A stretch of DNA of 64,000 nt from Heteronotia binoei (GCF_032191835.1 NC_083229.1:12958001-13022000), one strand, 5' to 3'; numbered from the stretch's first letter, positions 44,113 to 56,474 are shown. Translations and numbers: made by a program. The notes: a model not told the origin generated them from the sequence alone.

Positions 44113-45741
44113 TGGATTTATATCCCGTCCTCCACTCCGAAAAGTGTCCTTTACCATCCTCTCCCACAACAGACACCCTGTGAGGTAGATGAAGATATTG
44201 GATTTATATCCCGCCCTCCAATCCGAAGAGTCTCAGAGCGGCTCACAATCTCCTTTACCTTCCTCTCCCACAACAGACACGCTGTGAGGTAGATGTAGAT
44301 ATTGAATTTAAATCCCGCCCTCCACTCCAAAGAGTCTCAGAGCGGCTCACAATCTCCTTTACCTTCCTCCCCCACAACAGACACCCTGTGAGGTAGATGA
44401 AGATATTGGATTTATATCCCGCCCTCCACTCCAAAGAGTCTCAGAGCGGCTCACAATCTCCTTTACCTCCCTCCCCCACAACAGACACCCTGTGAGGTAG
44501 ATGAAGATATTGGATTTATATCCCACCCTCCACTCCGAACAGTCTCAGAGCGGCTCATAATCTTCTTTACCTTCCCCCCCCCACACACAACAGACACCCT
44601 GTGAGGTAGATGAAGATATTGGATTTATATCCCGTCCTCCACTCCAAAGAGTCTCAGAGCGGCTCACAATCTCCTTTACCTTTCTCCCCCACAACAGACA
44701 CCCTGTGAGGTAGATGAAGATATTGGATTTATACCCCGCCCTCCACTCCAAAGAGTCTCAGAGCGGCTCGCAATCTCTTTTACCTCCCCCCCCCCCACAA
44801 CCGACACCCTGTGAGGTAGATGAAGATATTGGATTTATATCCCGCCCTACACTCCAAAGAGTCTCAGAGCGGCTCACAATCTCCTTTACCTCCCCCCCCC
44901 CACAACAGACACCCTGTGAGGTAGATGAAGATATTGGATTTATATCCCGCCCTCCACTCCGAAGAGTCTCAGAGCGGCTCATAATCTCCTTTACCTTCCC
45001 CCCCCACACACAACAGACACCCTGTGAGGTACATGAAGATATTGGATTTATATCCCACCCTCCACTCAAAAGAGTCTCAGAGCGGCTCACAATCTCCTTT
45101 ACCTCCGTCCCCCACAACAGACACCCTGTGAGGTAGATGAAGATATTGGATTTATATCCCACCCTGCACTCCGAAGAGTCTCAGAGCGGCTCATAATCTC
45201 CTTTACCTTCCCCCCCCCCACACACAACAGACACCCTGTGAGGTAGATGAAGATATTGGATTTATATCCCGCCCTCCACTCCGAAGAGTCTCAGAGCGGC
45301 TCATAATCTCCTTTACCTTCCCCCCCCACACACACAACAGACACCCTGTGAGGTACATGAAGATATTGGATTTATATCCCACTCTCCACTCCAAAGAGGG
45401 CGGGATATAAATCCAATATCTTCATCTACCTCACAGGGTGTCTGTTGTGGGGGAGGAAGGTAAAGGAGATTGTGAGCCGCTCTGAGACTCTTCAGAGTGG
45501 AGGGCGGAATATAAATCCAATATCTTCATCTACCTCACAGGGTGTCTGTTGTGGGGGAGGAAGGTAAAGGAGACTGTGAGCCGCTCTGAGACTCTTCGGA
45601 GTGGAGGGCGGGATATAAATCCAATATCTTCATCTACCTCACAGGGTGTCTGTTGTGGGGGAGGAAAGTAAAGGAGACTGTGAGCCGCTCTGAGACTCTT
45701 CGGAGTGGAGGGCGGGATATAAATCCAATATCTTCTTCTTT
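44113..45741. repeat. Headless SINE-tail satellite: about 13 minus-orientation units then about 3.5 plus-orientation units (foldback)
   Basis: gatattgg at 44194, 44298, 44402, 44506, 44615, 44719, 44825, 44930, 45038, 45142, 45252, 45362; orientation flips at 45387-45395. Confidence 0.9.
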
Positions 45742-46091
45742 GTAGCAGGGACTCCTTTTTTCTATTAGGCCACACCCCTCTGATGCAGCCAATCCTGCAA
45801 GAACTTACAGGGCTCTTTTTACAAGACTTACGGTAAACTCTTGGAGGATTGGCTACCTCAGGGGGTGCGGCCTAATATGCAAAGGAGCGCCTGCTGCACA
45901 AAAAAGCCCTGGCGTGATAATCTAAGAGCATACCAATTGATTGTGCTTGCCTCGATTTGCCTCCCATTCGTGCCCATCTTCACTCTGATCCTATTTTTCA
46001 AAGTCCGCCTTAAGCAACAGCAGCATCAGCATGGGAAATGGAACCTTTGAGGGGTAAGGAAGGGCACGTCAGGTCATTAAGACCTATTATG

Positions 46092-46125
46092 TTGCGCTGC
46101 CGACAGGGTCCAGTAGATGGCAGTG
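46092..46125 (+). promoter_or_regulatory. CTCF motif with upstream module
   Basis: CCAGTAGATGGCAG (46110-46123) fits CCASYAGRKGGCRS exactly; tgcgctgcc 8 nt upstream resembles the ZF9-11 module. Confidence 0.55.
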
Positions 46126-46289
46126 CTCGTCTATGGAAATCGCCCTGGACCCACGTCATTATGGTCAGCTCCTAAAATGGGCCCCGCTGTCCATCTTAAG
46201 TAAAACTTTAATTCAAACGTTAAGTTGTTTGGTGGGCGCCTTGGCCATAGAGCTATTGAAAGAAAAAGAATAACAATTCTTCCTCTGTT

Positions 46290-46549
46290 TTTTTTTCAGC
46301 TGGGATGGAGAAAGTAGAGAAAGAAGTCCTTTTCTCCCTTTCTCACAATACAAGAACTCGTGGGCATTCGATGAAATTGCTGAGCAGTCAGGTTAGAATG
46401 GATAAAAGGAAGGACTTCTTCACCCAAAGGGTGATTAAGATGTGGAATTCTCTGCCACAGGAGGTGGTGGCGGCTACAAGCATAGCCAGCTTCAAGAGGG
46501 GTTTAGATAAACATATAGAGCAGATGTCCATCAGTGGCTAATAGCCACA

Positions 46550-46583
<34 letters not shown>

Positions 46584-46670
46584 CACTTTTTTGGCCACTG
46601 TGTGACATGGAGTGTTGGACTGGATGGGCCATTGGCCTGATCCAACATGGCTTCTCTTATGTTCATATGT
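46290..46670 (+). mobile_element. CR1 3' end with (TG)n(TA)n in the 3'UTR
   Basis: Encodes SLSHNTRTRGHSMKL...KRKDFFTQRVIKMWNSLPQEVV. Confidence 0.85.
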
Positions 46671-46734
46671 TCAGCTGTCTTTCCCTCCTTTCTTCTTCAC
46701 CGGCTGCTTTCTTTTATATGGCATTCCTTTTGGG

Positions 46735-47181
46735 ACTGTCATTTCATTTCATTTCATTTCATTTCATTTCATTTCATTTCTTCTTCTTTTTTTATTTTAA
46801 AACCTGCAGCTTTATTTAATCTTAATGCATTACAGCAATGCCAGAAACAAGAATGCAAAAATATAATCAAAGAAGAACCAATTAAATAAATATATATAAA
46901 ACCAATGCAACAAAAATAATTATATATAATATACAAAAATAAATATATATAAAACCAATGCAACAAAAATAATTGAGCAAACAAAGAAGTAAAGCTGTCT
47001 TAAATGAGTACAGGAAGAACATGAACAAGATTTACATAAAACCCCGTAGCAAAATGATAATATAAACAAATAAGAAATAGAAATTAAAAATAATAGTAAT
47101 AACAATAATAATGGAGGAAAAAAGAAAAAGGAGGGAGGAGAATATAAATAAATATATACACATATACATACACATATATAA

Positions 47182-47214
<33 letters not shown>

Positions 47215-47240
47215 CATACACATTCAAACATATACATGAG
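46735..47240. repeat. (CATTT)n, AT-rich low-complexity sequence and (CA)/(TA) microsatellites
   Basis: Direct reading. Confidence 0.85.
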
Positions 47241-48145
47241 AAATGGCACTATCATTTCTGATGGGCATCTATAAATCAGGAGTTGAATCCAGCACTTGTA
47301 ATCTTACTAGCTCCATCAACCAAGTTGTGTCTATGGAGGAAGGCAGCTGATGGTTGGAATCCAACCAACCGTCAGCAAAAGAGGCACAGTTTCCCCCTGT
47401 ATCTTTCTCCCTTCCCCAGCTGTTCCTTTCAACTGTTGGAAATAGGGTGGCCAGGCTGGGAAACTCCTGGAGATTTGGGGATGGAGCCTGAGAGGACAGA
47501 ACGTCTCAGTGAGAGCCAGTTTGGTGTAGTGGTTAAGTGTGTGGACTCTTATCTGGGAGAACCGGGTTTGATTCCCCACTTATCCACTTGCAACTGCAAG
47601 AATGGTCTTCTTGGTCTTCGTCATCTTCATCTTTGTCTTGGTCTTGGTCTTCGCACAATGTCACAGAGTCCACCTTCTGAAACATGTTTGTTTACCTTTG
47701 TGGACTGGAAGAAGGAATTCTCTGCATGGAGACTTTCCTTGGCATTTCCTTGGCATTTCTGAACAGGAGCACAATTCCTAATATTTGTCACCTGCAATGT
47801 GGCTCTTGCGGCGCTCCCAAAACACATGGGGCTGTGTTTATTTATTTCAGAAGTGGGGGACTTTGTTTTTCTGCCAAGGGCCATGTGGATATTTATAACA
47901 CCATTCACGGGCCATAAAAAATTATCCGCTTAAAAAACAGTGCTCCGCCGAGGGAGAATGATTCAGGCCGGCAAAATAAATGCAAATCATTGTTTTTCTG
48001 TTTGAAGTCATGTGGGGAGAGCCTAGTCTGGCACAAACACATACACACACAAACCCAGCCCGCTCCCCTAGGCAAATGTATATGTTCCGGGCATTTTTGT
48101 AGAAAAAAATCAGTAGAAACGCAGTAGCATATTAGACCACATCCC

Positions 48146-48673
48146 TAGGGTTGCCAAGTCGAATTCGAGAAATATCTGGGGACTTTGGGGGTGGAGCCAG
48201 GAGACTTTGGGGGTGGAGCCAGGAGACATTAGGGGTGGAGCCAAGAGCAAGACTGTGACAAGCATCATTGAACTCCAAAGGGAGTTCTGGCCATCACATT
48301 TAAAGGGACAGCACACCTTTTCAATTCCTTCCTTCCATAGGAAATCATGAAGGATAGGGTCGCCTTCTTTTGGGGCTCATAGAATTGGACCCCCTGGTCC
48401 AATCTTTTTGAAACTTGGGGGGTATTTTGGGGAGAGGCACTAGATGCTATACTGAAAATTTGGTGCCTCTACCCCAAAAAACAGCTCCCCCAGAGCCCCA
48501 GATACCCGCGGATCAATTCTCCATGATTTTCTAAGGGAATAAATCTCCATAGGGAATAACAGTTCCCAGCAGACATTTCCCTCCCCTCCCCCCGCTTTCT
48601 GACAACCCTGAAGCGGGGGGAGGGCCTCCAAACCGGGGGTTCCCCTGCCCCCACCTGGGGATTGGCAACCCTA
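48146..48673 (+). mobile_element. hAT MITE, TAGGGTTGCCA family
   Basis: Perfect 8-bp TSD cacatccc. Confidence 0.9.
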
Positions 48674-48754
48674 CACATCCCCTAATATTAGCATATTAGG
48701 TCACACTCTCATTAGCATATTAGGCCACACCATCTGGGATAATCAAGTGCAAAC

Positions 48755-49554
48755 TAGGGTTGCCAAATCAAACCCCAGAAATATCTGGGGACTTTGGGGG
48801 TGGAGCCAGGAGACTTTGGGGGTGGAGCCAGGAGACACTGGGGTGGAGCTAGGGGGAGGGGCGGAAACGGCGCCGGGGAGCGTGGTGAACCACCCCGCAG
48901 CCTCTTCTCCGCTCGCCGTGCTGCTCCTCCGAGATGGGCTCAGCCTGAGCCCATCTCGGAAGAGCAGCCACGGAGCAGAGCAGAGGCTGCAGCGGCGCAG
49001 CGGCCTCTTCTCCGCTCGCCATGCTGCTCCCCTGAGCCCATCTCGGAAGAGCAGCCATGGAGCGGAGCAGAGGCTGCAGCGGCGCGGCGGCCTCTTCTCC
49101 GCTCGCCGTGCTGCTCCTCCGAGATGGGCTCAGGCTGAGCCCATCTTAGAAGAGCAGCCACGGCGAGCGGAGAAGAGGCCGCCGTGCCGCTGCCGCCTCT
49201 GGGGTGGAAGCGGAGGTGGGGTGGGTGGAGGCAGGCCGGGGGCGTGGCGAGCCGCAAGTCCGGGTCCTAAAAGGGCCCGGATTCGCGGCTTGCCATGCTC
49301 CTGGCCTGCCTCGCCCTCCCCTGCGCTGCTGCCGTCTCTTGGCTGCTCCTCCGAGATGGGCTCAGCCTGGGCCCATCTCGGAGGAGAAAGTGCGGTGGGC
49401 GGCAGCGCCATGGCGCGGCGGCCTTGCTGGCTCCAGGATCCGGCGGCTCGGTGCCGTTTCCCCCTTCTCCCCCCGCTTCCATTTTTTGGGAGAGCGGGGG
49501 AAGAGGGTGGAAATCCTGGGGTCCCCCGCCAGGGCGGGAGGTTTGGGAAGCCTA
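48755..49554 (+). mobile_element. 800-bp GC/CpG-rich non-autonomous hAT element
   Basis: Termini tagggttgccaaa / tttgggaagccta; perfect TSD gtgcaaac. Confidence 0.85.
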
Positions 49555-49782
49555 GTGCAAACTGAACTGTGACAGTAACTTTTCTGGGCCCTGCAGCAAT
49601 TCTGGCTGGCCAGCCAGGCCCCACAAAGTCTGCACAGTACATCTGGGCCCTGTGATCCCTGCCTGGCCCTGGGGAGGCTGCTACACAGTGCAGCTGGGCC
49701 CCACGATTCTCGCTGGCCAGCCAGGCCCCAGGGAGGCTGCCACATGGCTCAGTTCGGTCCAGCAATCCCCGAGGGCCACACC

Positions 49783-50290
49783 TAAGGTTGCCAAGTCCAA
49801 TTTAAGAAATATCTGGGGACTTTGTGGATGGAGCCAGCAGACATTAGGGGTGGGGCCAAGATCAAGGCTGTGACAAGCATCATTGAACTCCAAAGGGAGT
49901 TCTGGCCATCACATTTAAAGGGTCGGCACACCTTTTCAATGCCTTCCTTCCATAAAAAAATAATGAAGGATAGGGGCACCTTCTTTTGGGGCTCATAGAA
50001 TTCGACCCCCTGTTCCAATAGTTTTGAAACTTGGGGGATATTTTGGGGAGAGGCACTAGATGCTGTACTGAAAATTTGGTGCTTCTACCTCAAATAAACA
50101 GTCCCCCCAAGCCCCAGATACCCACGAATCAATTCTCCATTTTTTTCTATGGGAATAAATCTCCATAGGAAATAACAGAGTTCCCAGCAGACATTTCCCT
50201 CCCCTCCCCCGCTTTCTGATGACCCTGAAGCGAGGGGAGGGTCTCCAAACCGGGGGATCCCCTGACCCCACCTGGGGATTGGCAACCCTA
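49783..50290 (+). mobile_element. hAT MITE, TAGGGTTGCCA family
   Basis: Perfect 8-bp TSD gccacacc. Confidence 0.9.
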
Positions 50291-51299
50291 GCCACACCAA
50301 GTGACCCCGAGGGCCATATATGGCCCTTGGGATGGAGGTTCCCCACCCCTGATTTATTTTATTTTTAAATTTTATTCAATTTATAGGCCACTCTTTCCTG
50401 CAGAACAGGCTCAGGGAAAGATCTATGGAAAAGGAAGACTGAGAAGTGACATTCAGCGGAAGGATGGAAAGCTGAAGGAAGCGGCTGGAGGTAAGATCCA
50501 GGGTGCACACAGTCTAGCTGGGGCAAAGGACAACGGGAGGCAAGGATGGCGTTCTTCACTTTATCCTGAGGAGAACCTGGTGGCCAGGATATTCCTGGAC
50601 ACCAGCAGGGGATGGGAAAGAGCTGCCAGACCCAGGCTGGGAAACACCTAGAGGTTTGGTGATGGAGACTGAGGAAGACAAGAACCTCAGTGGAGCACAG
50701 CCGTAGAGTCCACCTTCCCAAGCATCCATTTTTCTCCAGAGGGACTGATCTCTGAAGTCTGGAGATGAGCTGGAATTCCATGGAATCCCCAGGCCTCACC
50801 TGGAGGCTGGCATCCCTACCTGAAAGGGTCATGTGGGACGTTTGTGGCTGAAAGGACGAGGGACTGTAGCGAGGAAGCGGCAAAACAGACCTCCATCCTC
50901 TTTTGCCTGCAACTAATGTCGTTCAAAAAAAATAAGGGCTTTTTTTGTGGCGGGAAATGCTTTGCAGATTAGGCCACACCCCCCCCCCGATGTAGCCAAT
51001 CCTCCTGGATCTTACAGTAGCCCTGTACGAAGAGCCCTGTAAGCTCCAGGAGGATTGGCAACATCGGGGGGGGGGTGTGGCCTAACACACAAAGGAGTTC
51101 CTGCCATAAAAAAAAATCCCTGGAAAAAAAATAAAAGGGTTACAGACATAAGAAAAGACCTGCTGGATGAGACCAGAAACCCATCTAGTCCTGTCTCACC
51201 CAGTCGCCAACCGGTTGCCCCAGAGGGCCAATAAACAAAACATGGAGGACAGGTCTTTCCTTTTTTGTAGCAGGGACTTATTTGCATATTAGGCCACAC

Positions 51300-51978
51300 T
51301 AGGCTTGCCAATCCCCAGGTCCCAGTGAGGGTTCTTCCACTTTCCCAGGCTCCTTCCTGCCCCCAGTCAGCTGGCTGTCAGGGGGAAGCCCCTCCTCCAG
51401 AGGACCATGTGCCTTTCCACCTCTGGAGGCTTCAGTCTCCGATTGAAAGCTTCCTCTTGGGATGGTGTGTCTGTGTTACTTTGAAGAAGTTGGCAGCAAC
51501 TCGTGAGTGGAGAGGCCAATCCCTTGCTTCAGAGTCACCAGAAACGGGGAGGGTGGGGAGGGAAACGTCTGCTGAGCACTTCATTATTCCCTATGTGGAG
51601 ATCGATTCTCATAGGATATAATGGGGAATTGATCTGGAGGTTTCGGGAGCTCTGGGGGAGCTGTTTTTTGAGGTAGAAGCACCAAATTTTCAGTATAGTA
51701 TCTAGTGCTTCTCCCCAAAGTACCCCCTTAAGTTTCAAAATGATTGGACGAGGGGGTCCAATTCTATGAGCCCCAAAAGAAGGTGCCCCTATCCTTCATT
51801 ATTTCCTATGGAAGGAAGACATTTAAAAAGGTGTGCTGTCCTTTTAAATGTGATGGCTAGAACTCCCTTGGAGTTCAATTATGCTTGTCACACCCTTGTT
51901 CCTGACTCCACCCCCAAAGTCTCCTGGCTCCACCCCCAAAGTCCCCAGATATTTCTTGAATTGGAATTGGCAACCCTA
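51300..51978 (-). mobile_element. Longer variant of the TAGGGTTGCCA hAT MITE
   Basis: Perfect 8-bp TSD ggccacac. Confidence 0.85.
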
Positions 51979-52642
51979 GGCCACACAGCCCTAGGCTCAG
52001 CCCTACCCTTCTCGCACCCTGCCCCCACCCCTGAGTCACCAGGCCTGCCACCTACTCATGAGTAGCTCCGCGGCTGCCGCCTACTCGCAAGTAGCCCCAT
52101 GAGTAGGTGACAGGTGCGGGGCTACTCATGAATAGGCAGCCGGTGTGGGGCTACTCGTGGGAAGGGATGGCAGGAGGAAGATGCAGGCAGACAGGTAAAC
52201 TAGGTGCCCCCTCCCCTCCCCTGAGCATGGCATGACTCAGCGCAGCCCTACCGGCTTCGATGCAGCTTCTTATCCTTCTTTGAAGAAGGCACTGGAGGAG
52301 GCTTCTCCCCTTTCCTTTCCAGAACTGGAGGGGAAGGGGAGTGAAGCCTCCTCCAGTGCGGTCTTCAAAGAAGGATAAGATGCTGGCTGCGTTGAAGCCG
52401 GAAGGGCTGAGCCTCGGCGTGATGCACTCTGATTGTGTGGCGGGGGGGGGGGCAGAAAGGGAAAGGAAGGAAAGTGGCAGTGGCGGAGAGGAGAGGGGCA
52501 GGCAGGCAAACTAAGCATTTGTCATGAGCACTGGGGGGAGTCAAATTCTGCACCCCTTCCCTCTCGGTACCTAGGAAAGCGCCCAGTTTGCCTAGTGGGC
52601 GAGCCGGCCCTGCACAATCCTGATTCAGCCAATCCTCCAAGA

Positions 52643-53245
52643 GAAGAAGAAGAAGATGAAGAAGATATTGGATTTATATCTTGCCCTCCACTCTGAAGAG
52701 TCTCAGAGCGGCTCACAATCTCCTTTCCCTTCCCCCCACTCACAACAGACACCCTGTGAGGTAGATGAAGATATTAGATTTATATCCCACCCTCCACTCC
52801 AAAGAGTCTCAGAGCAGCTCACAATCTCCTTTACCTTCCTCCCCCACAACAGACACCCTGTGAGGTAGATGAAGATATTGGATTCATATCCCGCCCTCCA
52901 CTCTGAAGAGTCTCAGAGCAGCTCACAATCTCCTTTACCTTCCTCCCCCACAACAGACACCCTGTGAGGTAGATGAAGATACTGGATTTATATCCCACCC
53001 TCCACTCCGAAGAGTCTCAGAGCAGCTCACAATCTCCTTTACCTTCCTCCCCCGCAACAGACACCCTGTGAGGTGGGTGGGGCTGGAGAGGGCTCTCCCA
53101 GCAGCTGCCCTTTCAAGGACAACCTCTGCCAGAGCTATGGCTGACCCAAGGCCATTCCAGCAGGTGCAAGTGGAGAAGTGGGGAATCGAACCCGGTTCTC
53201 CCAGATAAGGGTCCGCACACTTAACCACTACACCAAACTGGCTCT
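52643..53245 (-). repeat. Squam3-like SINE with 4 tandem tails
   Basis: Tails near 52664, 52772, 52874, 52978; head ends at 53245. Confidence 0.85.
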
Positions 53246-54203
53246 TACGGGGATCTTATTACAGGGCTTACTGTAAGCTCCAGGAGGATTGGCTGCATCA
53301 GGGGTGTGTGACCTAATATGCAAAGGAGTTCCTGCTGCAGAAAAAAAGCCCACCTGAGTCTATATTTGGAGGCGGTCACCCTTATCGTATTCAGGTCCGC
53401 TTTGACTCTTGCATCTGAGGCAGTGCAAAGGCACCCACATTTTGGCAAGCATCATAAAACAGGTCAAGTCCTGACTCTCCTGGAAGCAACGTTGAGAGAC
53501 GAGCACCGGCGCCTGTTGCCAGCTCTCTACCACATCACAGAGGCCTCAAATCCATTCTGCCCAATGGGGCCGAGCAGAAATAACAAACCTGGGATTCCAT
53601 GCGAGGGCTTGGGTGGCTCTAGTCTGCAGCTGAAGTTCCTCCCAAAATACCCCTGCCAGGAGCCTTTTAATTTAGACCACAAGCGAGGAAGCAATTTGGC
53701 AAGAATCTCCTCTTCTGAAGATAACTCCTGCCCTCCTCTCCCTGCCCCGTCGTATGCCAGCGGGGACATAGTTTGCCTCTTTGTTCTCTTTTTTAAGCAG
53801 CAAAGCAAAGTACCTGAGTAGATGTACTGGGGGGGGGGGGGAGAGAGAGAGATTCTTTCGCAGAAGCGTTATCTTTCTCTTCATCCAATCCCCCGGCCCC
53901 ATAGAGGGAGTTATTTCAGAAGCAGCTGTAAAGAGACCAAAATACTTGGCCAACGGAGGCTAAAATTGGCCTGGGTGTTGTTGGTTTCTCTTTGTGCCTT
54001 CTTCCTCTTAGCTACGAGGGATCCCTCTTCTTCACAAGTCAAGAATGGGATGCTCACTTAGGTTCATTCGCACATGCTAAGGAATGCCGCTTTCGTCCAT
54101 TTGCAAGCGGATTTTTGCCAGTTCACACAGTACAATCCAGTTGCTAAGCGGACTGAAAATGGATTGAAAGTGGGTTTACTGAGCGTGTGTGAAAGTGCTA
54201 AAT

Positions 54204-54587
54204 GAGCCGGTTTGGTGTAGTGGTGAAGTGTGCGGACTCTTATCTGGGAGAACCGGGTTTGATTCCCCGCTCCTCCACTTGCACCTGCTAGCATGGCCTT
54301 GGGTCAGCCATAGCTCTGGCAGAGGTTGTCCTTGAAAGGGCAGCTGCTGTGAGAGCCCTCTCCAGCCCCACCCGCCTCACAGGGTGTCTGTTGTGGGGGA
54401 GGAAGGTAAAGGAGATTGTGAGCCGCTCTGAGATTTGGAGTGGAGGGTGGGATATAAATCCAGTATCTTCACCTACCTCACAGGGGGTCTGTTGTGGGGG
54501 AGGAAGGTAAAGGAGATTGTGAGCCGCTCTGAGACTCTTTGGAGTGGAGGGCGGGATATAAATCCAAAATCTTCTTCTTCTTCTTCT
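54204..54587 (+). mobile_element. Squam3-like SINE with 2 tails
   Basis: Junction tcttcacctacctcacaggg near 54470. Confidence 0.85.
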
Positions 54588-54804
54588 AAATGGTCTTCTT
54601 TGATAGCGTCAGAAACTCCAAATCCATGAACTTTTCCTCCTGCTTTCATGCTCATTTGCTGCTTTCCACTTTCTTCGTTGTTCTCTCCTTTAAGCAGCAA
54701 AGTAGCGGCGGCCACAGCTTTTCTTGGGGGCAGATAGCCCACCAGTCTCAAACAGCTATTCTCTCACAACAATACAACATCTAATTTGAACAAGGGCCCT
54801 GGAA

Positions 54805-55700
54805 CTAGAATCATAGAGTTGGAAGAGACTTTGAGGGTCATCTAGTCCAACCCCCTGCACAATGCAGGAAAGTCACAAATACAGCCCCCTAAATTCACAG
54901 GATCTTCATTGCTGTCAGATGACCATCTAGCATCTGTTTAAAAACCTCCAAGGAAGGAGAGCCCACCACCTCCCGAGGAAGCCTGTTCCGCTGAGGAACC
55001 GCTCTAACGGTCAGGAGGTTCTTCCTAATGTTGAGCGAGAAACTTTTTTGATTTAATTTCAACCCATTGGTTCTGGTTCTACCTTCCGGAAATAATACCA
55101 CACCATCTTCTATATGACAGCCCTTTAAGTACTTGAAGATGGTGATCATAAATTCTTCATTGCTGTCAAATGGCCATCTGGCCTCTGTTTAAAACCTCCA
55201 AGGAAGGAGAGCCCACCACCTCCCGAGGAAGCCCGTTCCACTGAGGAACCGCTCTAACGATCAGGAAGTTCTTCCTAAAGTTGAGCCGGAAACTTTTTTG
55301 ATTTAATTTCAACCCATTGGTTCTGATCCTACCTTCTGGGGCCACAGAAAACAATTCCACACCATCCTCTAGATGACAGCCCTTCAAGGACTTGAAGATG
55401 GTGATCCTATCACCTCATCCCCAGCTCCTTCAACCTTTCTTCATAGGACTTGGTCTCCAGACCCCTCACCATCTTTGTCGCCCTCCTCTGGACCCGTTCC
55501 AGCTTGTCTAGAGCCTTCTTAAGATGCGGAGCCCAAAACTGACTACAGTGCTCCAGGTGAGGTCTTACCAGAGCAGAGCAAAGTGATATCACGTCACGTG
55601 ATCTGAACGCTATACCTTTGTCAATACAGCCCAAAATTGCATTTGTCTTTTTAGCCACCATATCACACTGTTGACTCATGTTCAGTATATGGTTCACGAG
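54805..55700 (-). mobile_element. CR1 LINE 3' region with an internal duplication of about 250 bp
   Basis: ORF remnants [17 protein letters not shown]...[15 protein letters not shown]...[16 protein letters not shown] and two copies of GRTRTNGLKLNQKSF. Confidence 0.85.
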
Positions 55701-55971
55701 AACTTGCAATAAACCCAGATGACATCTTTGCTGCCGCGTGCGCCCAGACAACACAATCATTGGACCTAACCATTTCAATTACATCATCTCAGGAGATCAC
55801 CAGCCACAAACCTGGAGGATGGCACCCCTGTAAAACAACAAACATCCGCTTTACCTCACATACCTAAAACGGGCATTAGAAAAGTTCGGGGTGATGAGGT
55901 ATGGCCAGGGCTTTTTTATTTTTTCGTAGCAGGAACTCCTTGCGTATTAGGCCATACACCCCTGATGTAGC

Positions 55972-56474
55972 TAGGGTTGCCAATCCCCAGGTGGGGGCAG
56001 GGGATCTCCTGGTTTGGAGGCCCTCCCCCCACTTCAGGGTCATCAGAAAGAGGGGGGGGGAAGTCAGCTTGGCACTCCATTATTCCCTATGGAGACCTAT
56101 TCCTATCAGGGATAATATAGTATTGATCTGAAGGTATCTGGGCTGTTTGTTGAGGGCTGTTTGTTGAGGTAGAGGCACAAATTTTGCAGCGTAGCATTCA
56201 GTGCCTCTCTTTGAAATATCCTCCAGGTCTCAAAAGGATTAGACCCGGGGGTCCAATTCTATGAGCCCCCCAAAGAAGATGCCCCTATCCTTCATTATTT
56301 CCAGTGGAGGGAAGGCATTGAAAAGGCGTGCGGTCCCTTTCAATGCAATGGCCAGAACTCCCTTTGGAGTTCAACTATGCTTGTCACAACCTTGCTCCTG
56401 GCTCCGCCCCCAAAGTCTCCTGGCTCTGCCCCCAAAGTCCTCAGATATTGCTTGAATTGGACTTGGCAACCCTA
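55972..56474 (-). mobile_element. hAT MITE nested in a CAGGGCTTTTT MITE
   Basis: TSD gatgtagc / gatatagc. Confidence 0.8.

Noticed and set aside
4480-45741. CRISPR-like arrays
   Set aside because: Eukaryotic tandem repeats without unique spacers or cas genes
48747-49765. 272-aa and 211-aa GC-rich ORFs
   Set aside because: Stop-poor GC-rich MITE, open in many frames, no transposase motifs
53318-53821. 167-aa + strand ORF
   Set aside because: Starts in a MITE end, no recognisable domain, and the length is within chance expectation for six frames of 64 kb
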